DNA of 63,276 bases, filler included, from Octopus bimaculoides (Eukaryota), in NCBI RefSeq assembly GCF_001194135.2. It is 7 parts of 6 records of this genome, joined end to end, with 100 filler letters (N's around TTAATTAATTAA, not from the genome) between each part and the next. Parts side by side here need not be neighbours in the genome. Positions count along the whole stretch, not along the records: positions 1 to 6,043 come from NC_069006.1; positions 6,144 to 17,224 come from NC_068984.1; 5 more parts are not named here. The stretch is one strand, 5' to 3'. Both the position numbers and the translations under genes were made by a program. The notes below the pieces were generated by a model. That model did no database searches, was not told the DNA's origin, and was given only the letters and a program-made list of their open reading frames with translations. Position 1 is the first letter of the stretch. The number at the start of each line of letters is the position of its first letter. Of this stretch, positions 1 through 13,748 are shown piece by piece.

Positions 1-217
1 GATGGTGGTGGTTTTGGGTGGTGGGGATGGTACAACTACTACTGCCACCACCACCACCACCATCACTGCCACTGCTACTACCACCACCACCACCACCACC
101 ACCACCACAGTCAGCCCTACCACTATTACTACTACCACTGCTATTACTACTATTACAAAGTAATATAGCTGTTGGCCCTCAATAGATCGATACAGATCAT
201 TGTTTCTGTGTCTGCTG

Positions 218-266
<49 letters not shown>

Positions 267-1589
267 TAGCGCACGTGTGTGTCTGTGTATGTGTGTGAAT
301 GTGTGATTAGTGTGTATGAATGCGTTGCTGTGCATGCATGATTTTGTCCATGTGTATGCGTGTATGTACGTGTGTGTGTGTGTGTGTGTACATGTGTGTA
401 TGCGAGAGCTGCAATACATGCTATTATTATGACAGTGCCTATTACACAAGTTGGTAATGCATGTAAACAGGTGTGATGCAGGAGCGGGGAAGGAGGGAGA
501 AGGCAAGGGGAGGTGGGTTAGCTGATGTAAGTATNNNNNNNNNNNNNNNNNNNNNNNNNNNNNNNNNNNNNNNNNNNNNNNNNNNNNNNNNNNNNNNNNN
601 NNNNNNNNNNNNNNNNNNNNNNNNNNNNNNNNNNNNNNNNNNNNNNNNNNNNNNNNNNNNNNNNNNNNNNNNNNNNNNNNNNNNNNNNNNNNNNNNNNNN
701 NNNNNNNNNNNNNNNNNNNNNNNNNNNNNNNNNNNNNNNNNNNNNNNNNNNNNNNNNNNNNNNNNNNNNNNNNNNNNNNNNNNNNNNNNNNNNNNNNNNN
801 NNNNNNNNNNNNNNNNNNNNNNNNNNNNNNNNNNNNNNNNNNNNNNNNNNNNNNNNNNNNNNNNNNNNNNNNNNNNNNNNNNNNNNNNNNNNNNNNNNNN
901 NNNNNNNNNNNNNNNNNNNNNNNNNNNNNNNNNNNNNNNNNNNNNNNNNNNNNNNNNNNNNNNNNNNNNNNNNNNNNNNNNNNNNNNNNNNNNNNNNNNN
1001 NNNNNNNNNNNNNNNNNNNNNNNNNNNNNNNNNNNNNNNNNNNNNNNNNNNNNNNNNNNNNNNNNNNNNNNNNNNNNNNNNNNNNNNNNNNNNNNNNNNN
1101 NNNNNNNNNNNNNNNNNNNNNNNNNNNNNNNNNNNNNNNNNNNNNNNNNNNNNNNNNNNNNNNNNNNNNNNNNNNNNNNNNNNNNNNNNNNNNNNNNNNN
1201 NNNNNNNNNNNNNNNNNNNNNNNNNNNNNNNNNNNNNNNNNNNNNNNNNNNNNNNNNNNNNNNNNNNNNNNNNNNNNNNNNNNNNNNNNNNNNNNNNNNN
1301 NNNNNNNNNNNNNNNNNNNNNNNNNNNNNNNNNNNNNNNNNNNNNNNNNNNNNNNNNNNNNNNNNNNNNNNNNNNNNNNNNNNNNNNNNNNNNNNNNNNN
1401 NNNNNNNNNNNNNNNNNNNNNNNNNNNNNNNNNNNNNNNNNNNNNNNNNNNNNNNNNNNNNNNNNNNNNNNNNNNNNNNNNNNNNNNNNNATATATATAT
1501 ATATATATATAATGTATGTGTGGAAGAACCCCAGAAACACACGACTGTGAAATAAACCTTTTAATCACAAAGCAATGTTTAAACATTAG

Positions 1590-2045
1590 TTTCAAATTTT
1601 GGCACAAGGCCAGCAATTTCAGGAGAGGAGACTAGTCAATAATATGGACCCCAGTATGCAACTGGTATTTATTTTATTGACCTTGAAAGGGTGAACGGCA
1701 AATTTGACCTCCATGGCATTTGAACTCAGAACATGAAAATGGATGAAATCCCACTAAGCATTTTGCCCAGTGTGCCAACAATCCTGCCATGCAATGTTTA
1801 AATATTGCCTTATCTACTACATGTCTAACTAACTAACTAACTGGCACACCGTTGGTTACAAAAACAATGGTTCTAGATGATCCAATCAGTGGAACAGCCT
1901 GCTCATGAAATTAACATGCAAGTGGCTGAGCACTCCACAGACATGTGTACCCTTAACGTAGTTCTCATGGAGATTCAGCATGACACAGTGTGACAAGGCT
2001 GGACCTTTGAAATACAGGCACAACTCATTTTTGCCAGCTGAGAGG
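1590..2045 (-). mobile_element. SINE B (1590-1790) and SINE C 3' part (1845-2045), CpG-depleted
   Basis: Family motifs with CpG-to-TG/CA changes. Confidence 0.82.
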
Positions 2046-2344
2046 ACCGGAGCAACATGAAACACTGGAGAATCCAGCACAGTACACCAAAGAAGACCTG
2101 GGTGAAGCAAATTGAAAAAGACCTCAAGCATGCTAAAGCCAGCAACATGGACCACAAAGCGTGGAATAACGTATCACCGGAGTTTGTCATCCAGTGCCAT
2201 CCACAGCAGCATTTTGGTTGAGAGAGCAGCTTCCTCCTCTAGTCACCAAATAAGAATTTTACATACTTACATTACAAAAATACTTAGTGGTAGACAGATT
2301 TAATGAGTAAAAATTTAGAATTTCTAGTCAAATGAATCAACCTC

Positions 2345-2450
2345 AGTATTTATTTTTATTTAGGCCTGGTGCTTATTCTATTGGTCTCCTCATGTCCGAC
2401 TGCTAAGTTCCAGGGTTGTCAAGTGGTAGTGAGGGACAAACACAAGAATG

Positions 2451-2517
<67 letters not shown>

Positions 2518-2841
2518 ATATGACAGGCTTCTTTCAGTTTCCATCAACTTATTCTATTGATCTCTTCATGTCAGACTGCTAAGTTACAGGGTTGTCAAGT
2601 GGTAGTGAGGGACAAACACAAGCATGAACACACACACACACATGCACACACACACACACACACACACACACAGATATGACAGGCTTCTTTCAGTTTCCAT
2701 CAACCAACTCCAGTCACAACATTTTGGTCAGCTCAAAACAATCGTATAAGACACTTGCCCTAAGTGCCACACAGTGTGGCTGAAACCAGAACCATGAGGT
2801 TTTGGAATCAACCTTCTTACCACACAGCCACGTCTGTGCCT
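2345..2841 (-). mobile_element. SINE family A with internal tandem duplication
   Basis: Reverse complement of the family A body; CpG-depleted. Confidence 0.85.
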
Positions 2842-3420
2842 ATATATATGTATTCAAATTTAATCAAAGTTAAAAGTTCACTCACACAACTCCACCTTTC
2901 AACATGATACCCGACAAAGAAACTTCAGCTCCAATTAAATTATATATATTTCATCTATATTATTCAATATATTTTATTGTACCATAGCTCTAAATTTAGT
3001 ATAATAATGTAACATTTATTATATTAATTCTATTTAAAACTGATAGACTTTTCATAAACATATTTACTTGTATTGTGAGATATTTATTAAAATTATTATG
3101 GTTATCATAGCATCTCTCAGTCATGAAATTTTAATATTCAAATCAGGTACATTGACTATAAGGTCCTACAAGCAAAAAGTGCTATTTCAAAACTCATGAC
3201 AGTTGAACAGTTTAGTCTAATCTTTAGTATATAAACAGTAAATTTCAAAAAGATATTTTCTTCATTGTCTGTCAATGAAGGCAATATGTGTGTCTAATTG
3301 ATATACATATGTCAATACCAGAAACATAATTCTAAGCGAAGAAGAAGAAACAGGAAGGGGAGAAGGCGGAGGATATATATGCATCTATATATATATATAT
3401 ATACTCTTTTTTTTTTTTTT

Positions 3421-3675
3421 TTTTTACTCTTTTACTTGTTTCAGTCATTTGACTGTGGCCATGCTGGAGCACCACCTTTAGTCGAGCAAATTGACCCCAG
3501 GACTTATTCTTTGTAAGCCTAGTACTTATTCTATCGTCTCTTTTGCCGAACCGCTAAGTTACGGGGACGTAAACACACCAGAATCGGTTGTCAAGCGATG
3601 TTGGGGGGACAAACACAGACACGCAAACATATACACACACATACATATATACACATATATACGACGGACTTCTTT
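3421..3675 (-). mobile_element. SINE family A (3' half, runs into gap)
   Basis: tttacttgtttcagtcatttgactgtggccatgctggagcacc... Confidence 0.9.
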
Positions 3676-4648
3676 NNNNNNNNNNNNNNNNNNNNNNNNN
3701 NNNNNNNNNNNNNNNNNNNNNNNNNNNNNNNNNNNNNNNNNNNNNNNNNNNNNNNNNNNNNNNNNNNNNNNNNNNNNNNNNNNNNNNNNNNNNNNNNNNN
3801 NNNNNNNNNNNNNNNNNNNNNNNNNNNNNNNNNNNNNNNNNNNNNNNNNNNNNNNNNNNNNNNNNNNNNNNNNNNNNNNNNNNNNNNNNNNNNNNNNNNN
3901 NNNNNNNNNNNNNNNNNNNNNNNNNNNNNNNNNNNNNNNNNNNNNNNNNNNNNNNNNNNNNNNNNNNNNNNNNNNNNNNNNNNNNNNNNNNNNNNNNNNN
4001 NNNNNNNNNNNNNNNNNNNNNNNNNNNNNNNNNNNNNNNNNNNNNNNNNNNNNNNNNNNNNNNNNNNNNNNNNNNNNNNNNNNNNNNNNNNNNNNNNNNN
4101 NNNNNNNNNNNNNNNNNNNNNNNNNNNNNNNNNNNNNNNNNNNNNNNNNNNNNNNNNNNNNNNNNNNNNNNNNNNNNNNNNNNNNNNNNNNNNNNNNNNN
4201 NNNNNNNNNNNNNNNNNNNNNNNNNNNNNNNNNNNNNNNNNNNNNNNNNNNNNNNNNNNNNNNNNNNNNNNNNNNNNNNNNNNNNNNNNNNNNNNNNNNN
4301 NNNNNNNNNNNNNNNNNNNNNNNNNNNNNNNNNNNNNNNNNNNNNNNNNNNNNNNNNNNNNNNNNNNNNNNNNNNNNNNNNNNNNNNNNNNNNNNNNNNN
4401 NNNNNNNNNNNNNNNNNNNNNNNNNNNNNNNNNNNNNNNNNNNNNNNNNNNNNNNNNNNNNNNNNNNNNNNNNNNNNNNNNNNNNNNNNNNNNNNNNNNN
4501 NNNNNNNNNNNNNNNNNNNNNNNNNNNNNNNNNNNNNNNNNNNNNNNNNNNNNNNNNNNNNNNNNNNNNNNNNNNNNNNNNNNNNNNNNNNNNNNNNNNN
4601 NNNNNNNNNNNNNNNNNNNNNNNNNNNNNNNNNNNNNNNNNNNNNNNN

Positions 4649-4699
<51 letters not shown>

Positions 4700-4739
4700 T
4701 ACAACCATACTCACAACCATACACACATACATAAGAAAA

Positions 4740-4770
<31 letters not shown>

Positions 4771-5411
4771 ATACAAACATATAAACACACATTCATTGGA
4801 GAGAACTGTGACTTTCATTTTCATATTCATCATGTTGTAGTTGTTACTGTTATTGATGCAGTTGTTGTTGCTGCTACTGCCACTGCTACTACTGCAGATG
4901 TTGTTGTTGTTGTTGTTGTTGTTGTTGTCAGTGTGGCACTGTGTGTGTGTGTGTTTGCAGTCGCTCCCATGGCTTACCTCCCCACTTCACAGTTTCTGTT
5001 GCAACATTTATGACAGTGCATGTATTCATGTACGTGTGTGCATTACACGTTTGTGCGTTTGGGCTGCGTACCTGTGTGTGTGAGGAATATTGTGTATGTG
5101 CGTGCATGTGCACACAGGCGTGAGCACAAGAATGCAAGCATGAATGCAGGAGTGCATCTATGCATGCAAATGATGGGAGAAAAAAAGCAAGGGGAGGTAA
5201 GGAGGGTTAAACGAGTTCTCGTACAGTAAATGGGAGAAGAATGAAATAGGTTAATTAATGGAAATATGCTTGCTGTCAAGCACGTACAGACATGAATGCA
5301 TAAACATATACACATACACACACACACATAGTGCGACAAAGATAAGTATTTATACACAGCTGCATACATAGATATTAATATACACAAATGCACAATGAGT
5401 TTAACAAGCAT

Positions 5412-5458
<47 letters not shown>

Positions 5459-6087
5459 TTATTATATTATATTTATTATATTATATACATATCTATAATA
5501 TGTATATATGTATTATATACACATGTATACATAATATGTATATATGTATTATATACATATGTATATATGTATTATGTACATATGATATATATAATATGAT
5601 TATATGCACACACACTATATGCACATACACAAATATATATTACACACACACACACACACACATGCAAATATCGGTTGCTTTGTATGTAAAACAGCATTTA
5701 ACCACTGAACATCATTACATAGAGCATTAAATGGTACTTTACTCAAGGGACACCTGGCAGGTATAACCATCGTCATCATTCATCATCATGGTTTTAACAT
5801 GCATTTTTATATGCTGGCATGGGTCGGAGACACATACATGCTTTAACTGACACACAAACACCTATACACAACACACACACACACACACAAAGGGAAGTTT
5901 TCCTTTTAAATATTCATGTCTGTGTATGGGTGTATATGTGCCCATGTGCATCAATATAAGTCCATATATATGAATTTCTGTGTGTGTTTGCCTATGTATC
6001 AAACATATCATGTATGTGTATGTATATATATATATATATATATNNNNNNNNNNNNNNNNNNNNNNNNNNNNNNNNNNNNNNNNNNNN

Positions 6088-6099
6088 TTAATTAATTAA
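6088..6099. other. Assembly linker TTAATTAATTAA inside a 100-bp N gap (also 17269, 26818, 38545, 45660, 62059)
   Basis: Identical 12-mer centred in six equal-sized N gaps; carries stop codons in all six frames. Confidence 0.95.
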
Positions 6100-6143
6100 N
6101 NNNNNNNNNNNNNNNNNNNNNNNNNNNNNNNNNNNNNNNNNNN

Positions 6144-6229
<86 letters not shown>

Positions 6230-6231
6230 TT

Positions 6232-6584
6232 TTGTCAAATCCATTCACAAAGGCATTGGTTGGCTCGAGGCTATAGTAGAAGATACTTACCCAAGGTACC
6301 ACGCAGTGGGACTGAACCGGGAACAACGTGGTTGGGAAGTAAGCTTCTTATTTCTTCACTGCCCACTAGGGGCTACACACAGAGGGGGCAAACAAGGACG
6401 GGACGGGCAAACGAATTAAGTCGATTATATCGATCCCAGTGCGTAACTGGTATCTATTTAATCGACACCGAAAGGATGAAAGGCAAAGTCGACCTCGGCG
6501 GAATTTGAACTCAGAACGTAGCGGCAGACGAAATGGTGCTAAGCATTTCGCCCGGCGTGTTAATGTTTCTGCTAGCTCGCCGCT
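6232..6584 (-). mobile_element. Adjacent SINE A 5' half (6232-6349) and full SINE B (6362-6584)
   Basis: Family B on the minus strand: gcggcgagctagcagaaac...ttcatcctttcggtgtcgattaaatagataccag... Confidence 0.88.
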
Positions 6585-6628
6585 CTTCTTGCCAGACAAC
6601 CACGCCTGAGGTGTACTTTTACATGTGA

Positions 6629-6692
<64 letters not shown>

Positions 6693-9600
6693 ATGTGTAT
6701 GTGTATGTATGTCTGTGTGTGTAGTGAGTGAGAGAATGTGAGTGAAAGAGGGATATAGACAGGTAAAATTACTATTTCTTGTATGAGTTGTATTATTTCC
6801 CATTTGATTCGAGGTGAAAGCTGTAAATTAAATGACTTTTTGTTGTTAATTTGCATGCATCCTTCGTTTAACTTTGCCATCTCTAAGTTCTTATAACTGC
6901 AAATTAAACTAATATGTAATTTCCCCTCTAAATTATAAAAAAAATGGTCTTGTCAATGTTTGATATTTCACTGCTAGAGATAGCAGCGACTCGTCCCTCC
7001 GCCACCGATATATAGAATAACAGAGACCAGAACATGCGCTAGTGTCGCGATTAGCCAGTGAGCTTGTTAAAAATTATATATGAGTGACAGAGGCAGTATT
7101 AATGCCGAGAGGTAATATTTATGAGGGTGAGAGAATGAGTTACTGCTATCTCTAGTCGTCGAGCGTCCATCATTGACAAAACCAAGTAAGGTCGAAATCA
7201 CGTGATCGAGTGATCTCGGTGCTGGAGCTGGTGGCCATTTATTTCCCACCAAGCGATGTAAAGAAGAGTGCTTTTACACCAAAAACTAATACAGGAGTTT
7301 CTCTTATAGTTTCTACGGCAGTATAGCTAGTTCTAATAGAAAATCCACGTTTAAGTGGGCAAAATATTACCCCACTAGTACGATTCTAGTACGATGTCTT
7401 ACTTTGTGGTGCTTCATTGATGTCTACGGTCTTCCGAAATGTTTCCTGTGGACATTCTGAACTGTCCCACCTGCTTCACACTTATCTCATATTTAATCGT
7501 CATTCACATATATGGATGTAATCAACACTCATTCCGAAGCAATTCTTTTCGTTTCGACTGCGTTTTGAAGCTTTCAGTAGCACTTATAAAACGTTTCCCT
7601 TGTCCAAAACTTAAGATCTAGCTCCCTTCATTTTTTTCTAATGGGTTAAATCTAAATAAAACTGAAAATTGAGTTATCAACTTTTAAAGTCTGTATTCAT
7701 TTCCGCACGCCGCCCCCATAAACACTCATACACACATTCAAAAATTAAGATAAAAATGTTACTTGTACTTTTATTTCTATGTGTGATGAATTGAATTTAA
7801 TTTTTATCTTATTTTTATCATCAGCTTGTTTTTAAAGATGTATGTGAAAGTAGTTTCCACAAGACTCAATGTAATATAATTTCCCTACTTTTGTTTTAAC
7901 CATGAACGAAGTTTTCCATTAATTCCCTATAGAAACCAAAATGGCTGCATAACTTTTTGGAAATATCTCAACGGAATAATGTTTTCTAACTTTGGCACGA
8001 GACCACGAATTTCAGTGGAATGGAATAATGATGTGATGTCACGAGTCGCCAAAATATATTATTAATTCTCGAAATTATTCATCACCAATTATAGAAATGC
8101 GAAACAGTTACAACAATACTATACTTATTTTTTTTTATGGATGTGTTTGTTAGCTATTCTAAGAGAAACAACTCTCTTCTATGCTGATAATCTGATCCAT
8201 CTCAGTGTTTGAAGTTATTGCTAGGGTTGTCATTGATGATGACGATGTTGATGAGGACGTAAACATCTTGTTTCAAGCAAGTGAATCACAGTATCTATAT
8301 TTAGAAATCTGAGACAGCTCTGAATTGACAAACATGTATTCTAGACATAGAATTAAATTGTGATAGTTTACATCTTATTGAGAAAGTAGCGTGTATTTTG
8401 AGGAAAATTTGCTTACTATTTCTTGTATATTAAATGATCTTGTAAAGTATCTTATGTTGGCTCCTATCTCCGTCGTTATTACTGGTGCTGTTGTTCATTT
8501 AGTTACTCGTTTGATGTAAACAAGAGGTTCTAAAATGTAGTGTTTGCCAACAGTGATCATCGTCTCTTAAATATCTAAACCTACATCCTGCAATTAGTCT
8601 TTTATTTGTTAAGAGCGTATGTACGTTCTGAAGAGTTTTCGCTGCCATTTCCAGTAGATGAAATAGTGATGTCGAGATTTTTACTGCAGTTATTGTTGCT
8701 GCTGTTTTTGTTGTCCAATCCTGAGTACTCCAGAGTGTTCATGTCTATGAAAATGATAATAGGCATTCCAATTGCAACAATTCCATCTCCAAGGATTGCT
8801 CTGTTCAACGAGTTAATCTTTCTATACAAAGGTAGTGTATGTTCCGAGGAGGTGTGGCTGCGATTTCTATAGCTGGTCCACGATATCGTAAATTCTCCAT
8901 CGTTGACTCATTCGGTTTCCCTTTAGGTGCAAGTATACATTTCCAATTACCGAGCCAACAAAGAATCTGCTATGTAATAACTTGATTTGTTAGATATGAT
9001 AGCCAAATGTCCCCAATATATTAATCTATAAATTAAAATGAAACATTGGGTAACGTATATAAAAAAAAACAATGTTTACGGATAAAGCATTGTTGATCAC
9101 AGATCATTATAACAAAGTTGACCTGAGGTTAGACAACAACAATCTACAACAATAAATACAGTCTACCTGTTGAACCACAACGAAGCCTTTTTGATGTACG
9201 TAACCTTAGCTTTCTCATTTGCTTCTTTGATTGATGTATTCCGCCATTCATTTTCTCAAGAAAAGGATTCCTTGACCTACATAGACACATGTTAAAAAAA
9301 AAAAAAAAAAAAAAAGATATGGAGCAAAATTTAAGGTTTGCAATTCATTTTTGAGATAAATTATAAATGTTAGCCACTGCAAAACATCATGACACTGTGC
9401 CGGATTCATCTGGTATCTTGCAATTTGAATCAGCCTGCTGGCCCCTCGCCATGCAGACTGGAATATCATAGTTAACGGAAAAAGAAAAGTGGGAAAAGTG
9501 CCAACCCCAAAACACCTGGAATCAGGCATTCCAAGAAAAACCAGAAACTGTTCGAGGACCATCTGATCAACAGAGAAACAAACTGTAGAAAATCGACCAT

Positions 9601-10489
9601 AATAGAAGCTTTCTTTCTTATGTATCTCAGAATGCGGAAAAAACCTAAATCCAAGTAATTCTAAATTTTCATGTATAAAGTATTCTGGAATATATAGCTT
9701 ATTTCTGGCAAGCCACCGTAATAAAGTACATTCCTCATTTCATTTTACGAGATGGCTAGTATTCATCTTTACTAGCTAATAAGATATTTGCCGATTTCAC
9801 TTGCCCCCACCGTTTACAGTATTACATTTATATAGTATAGATGAATTTAAAGTAAAGTTTATTTTCCATGAACACAATAGAACGCCAGTAGTCAGGTTCA
9901 TCCTGCTGACGTACTCCTCTGGTTTTAGGTCTATCTATTGAATTACAGCAACCCGTTTACTTACCCAGAACTTAGTCGAAAAGATGTTTATGCGAATGCT
10001 TCTACGTTTTCTCCACTCTTACATTATTTCTACTTCATATAAAAACTAAAGTTATACGGTTTTAAAATTGTAAAAACGGAATATATAATGATCCGTATAT
10101 ATTAAACCATAGAAATTTAAGTCAAACATGTGCTTATACTTCTACACAGTCACTTAGCCAATTAGAAATAACAGCCAAAATTTTCTTCGGGTGCACCGTA
10201 TCGATTTGAAAACAGAAAAGAAAATGCATATCGATGAATTTACAAAAGGAATTGGTGGTCATAATTGGATTACATCTAAATATATGTCTAAGGTTGGCCT
10301 AGGTCAAAAGAAGTAATCCCTCACAGAAATTCAAGAATACTGATAGCACCACTTTCACTCATCAAAAGAACTATAGAAAAACTACGAACTTTGTCCTTCC
10401 GTTTTCAAAATAGCTATAAAAAATGCGAACAAACATACATTTTATTGGATCGTACATTCAAGAAGGAATATAGCTGGACATAACACACG

Positions 10490-10620
<131 letters not shown>

Positions 10621-11103
10621 CTATTTACTTGCATTCATCGTTGGGTGACAATATGACAAAACATCCCATGTCTTATTTCTAAAACAAATTGGATTAATGC
10701 CACTGCTATTGGCAGCTTGTAGTGTAAACACTGATTGTTATAAGCAGGCAATATTATAGCGTTGTATAATGAACACGTTATGTTTTCTTTTTCTTCTTTT
10801 CTTCTTCGGAATTTGGTAGGTGTAAAGAAATACTCTTTTCTCGAATCTTTGGGCCAAACGAAGAAATATTACATACGACTCCTGCTGTGTTTGCTTCAAC
10901 TGGCATCTGGTACGCATGGAGCGTAATATAAACTTTAAGCTATAAAAAAAAGGAATCACACTATTTATAAAGCTGCCAAGTTCTGACAATAGTAGCTGTA
11001 TTTATTTTAAAGGAAATCTAATACGCGTTTATGCATGATGGCTTAGTTAAATAAACAAATTGAAGGAAGCAGAGGTCAATAAAAAGAGATCGAGATAGAA
11101 AGC

Positions 11104-11186
<83 letters not shown>

Positions 11187-11199
11187 GTCTGTCTGTCTA

Positions 11200-11326
11200 T
11201 TGTTTTACTTGTTTCAATCATTAGACTGTGGCCATGCTGGGGCATCATCTTCAAGAATTTTAGTCGAACGAATCGACCCCCATCACACACGTACGCACCC
11301 ACACACGCACGCACACACACACACAA

Positions 11327-11371
<45 letters not shown>

Positions 11372-11530
11372 CACACACACACACGACAGTCTTTTTTTTT
11401 GCTTCCGTCTACCAAATCTACTCAGAAGGCTTTGGTCAACCCGATATTTGCCTATATTGCCACGCAGTGGGACTAGATCCAGAAGCGTGGTTGGGAAGAA
11501 AACTTCTTACCATACAGCTACACATCCACA
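11200..11530 (-). mobile_element. SINE family A, diverged
   Basis: Tail, CA tract and head recognisable. Confidence 0.8.
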
Positions 11531-11588
11531 TATATATATGCATAAGAGAGAGTTTTTGCATATAAGCGCACCAGTTTGTATATCTTTA

Positions 11589-11806
11589 CGAAGGGCTACT
11601 GAAAAGTTCCAGGCTTTAAAGGTATCGCGAAAGGCCTTGTTGAAAGCCCAATCTTCCGAGTTCTTTTAGAGGGTTAGGAAAAAACTGAAGTACCGCTGCA
11701 ATAAGTGTGTGAATCTGAAAAAGGAATATATTGAATAAAAATCATAATTAACTGATCCTCCTGTATTTTCTTTTATCCAAAGCCAGAAACTTTTCATACC
11801 CCGTGG
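11589..11806 (+). mobile_element. Mariner-derived MITE
   Basis: Imperfect TIRs (cgaagggctactgaaaagttccaggcttt / aaagccagaaacttttcataccccgtgg), TA on both sides; interior keeps the transposase end NKCVNLKKEYIE*. Confidence 0.75.
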
Positions 11807-11809
11807 TAT

Positions 11810-12198
11810 TGGTTGTTGTTGGCACTCCATCGCTTACGACGTCGAGGGTTTCAGTTGATCCGATCAACGGAACAGCCTGCTCGTGAAATTAACGTGCAAG
11901 TGGCTGAGCACTCCACAGACACGTGTACCCTTAATATAGTTCTCGAGGATATTCAGCGTGACACAGTGTGACAAGGCTGACCCTTTGAATTACAGGCACA
12001 ACAGAAACAGGAAGAAAGAGTGAGAGAAAGTTGTGGTGAAAGAGTACAGTAGGGTTCACGACCATCCCCTGCCGGAGCCTCGTGGAGCTTTAGGTGTTTT
12101 CGCTCAATAAACGCTCACAACGCCCGGTCTGGGAATCGAAACCACGATCCTATGACCACGAGTCCGCTGCCCTAACCACTGGGCCATTGCGCCTCCAC
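11810..12198 (-). mobile_element. Full SINE family C, subtype 1 (octopus OR-type-like)
   Basis: Head gtggaggcgcaatggcccagtggttagggcagcggactc, body gtcacactgtgtcacgctgaat...gcacgttaatttcacgagcaggctgttccg, tail ggagtgccaacaac. Confidence 0.92.
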
Positions 12199-12984
12199 TA
12201 TAGTAAACTCAACTCTTCATTAAATAGAGAGCAATAAAATGTGTGCTAGAAGAAATGCCGGGGTCTATATAGTTCTTTCTACTCTATGCACAAGTATCGA
12301 AATTTTGTGGGAAGAAGCGAATCAATTACATCGACGCCAGTGCTGGATTGTTACTTATTTTATCCATCTGGAAAGTACGAACGGCAAAGTCAAACTCGGC
12401 GGAATTTGAACTCTTAATGAAGAGCTGAAAGAAATGATGCTAAGCATTTTGCAAGAGACACAAAGAGCAATTATTTGTTTACATTGGTTTCTGGTTGTCT
12501 CAAGCTTTTAGGGATATGTGAACGGCAATAATAAAATGATTGATGAGAGCTGCAAAATCAAAGCTAAACAACATTCATTTTTATAATGATAAATTTATCT
12601 GTTGGTTTTCTTGGGAAAGAGGGAAAAACCCGTAAAATATTGTTAAATTTCTTCAAATTAATATAAATATTGAAGTTGTTTATAAACAGCAACGACTTCA
12701 GCGTTGTCATTCAATTATTAAAACTCATTACATTCGTAAATTTCTAGGATAATATAACTAATCATTTATAATTGGATTATGAATGAACGAAAAGCAAAAA
12801 TCCTTATTCAGAGACAATAGCTGAATCCGTTGTATTCGATTAAAGGCATAATATTTTATATTATGTGTAATTCTGCGTGTAGTTAAGTTTTATTTCTCGT
12901 TTCCCTAAGGTTGATACATGAAAATACGGTATTCTTTTGCATAAGTCATGTTCTCTGAGATTATCGGTACGGTTATTATTTTAA

Positions 12985-13190
12985 TCTTGTACTTGTTTCA
13001 GATATCGGAGTACGACCATGCTGGAGCACCGCCTCGATGGATTTAATCGGACAAATGGAACACACTACGGAATTTTAAACAGTCTATCCGGTTCACTTAT
13101 TGAAGCACTACTTTACGAGGGTGTAAACACATCAACTTTGGTTGCGAAGCGACGTAGGGAAAACACAAAGGTACACGCACACACATGCAT

Positions 13191-13225
<35 letters not shown>

Positions 13226-13345
13226 TGACGTGCTTTCGGTTTCTGTCTACCAAATTCACTCACAAACCATTGATCGAACCGTGGCTATAGTAGAAGTACT
13301 TGATCAAGGTACACTGCAATAGACTAAGCCGGAAGCTATGTAGTT
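12985..13345 (-). mobile_element. SINE family A, diverged
   Basis: cttgtttcag...catgctggagcaccgcc...ctaccaaattcactcacaa. Confidence 0.8.
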
Positions 13346-13482
13346 GCAAAGCGAGACATACCCGAACCTATAATTAGTTAAAGAAATTCCTTCTAATGTC
13401 TTCTGCATTGTACCATCGCAACTGGTTCACTAATAACTAGCGAGCGAATTTAGTGAACAAAGACTTAGTGGAAGTTTGTCGC

Positions 13483-13529
<47 letters not shown>

Positions 13530-13545
13530 ATTTCTATCTATCATT

Positions 13546-13578
<33 letters not shown>

Positions 13579-13664
13579 TTATCTATCTATCTATCTANNN
13601 NNNNNNNGCCTGCCTGCCTGCCTGCCTCTCTGTCTGTCTGCCTGCCTGTCTGGATGTCTGTCTG

Positions 13665-13721
<57 letters not shown>

Positions 13722-13748
13722 GTGCGTATTTATGCGTATATGTGTATA

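Noticed and set aside
153-4796. Long ORFs of 340-487 aa, and similar ones at 32.5, 34.4, 42.5, 51, 57.5, 58.7 and 60.4 kb
   Set aside because: They run through N gaps (X residues) and microsatellites; not real coding sequence.
7400-7620. Tc1-like N-terminal fragment on the minus strand (GTVQNVHRKHFGRP)
   Set aside because: A short single motif, insufficient to call an element.
8602-9276. Possible minus-strand exons (SRNPFLEKMNGG...; ORF 8602-8829)
   Set aside because: Splice sites are plausible but the joined frames stop quickly, and no protein family is recognisable.
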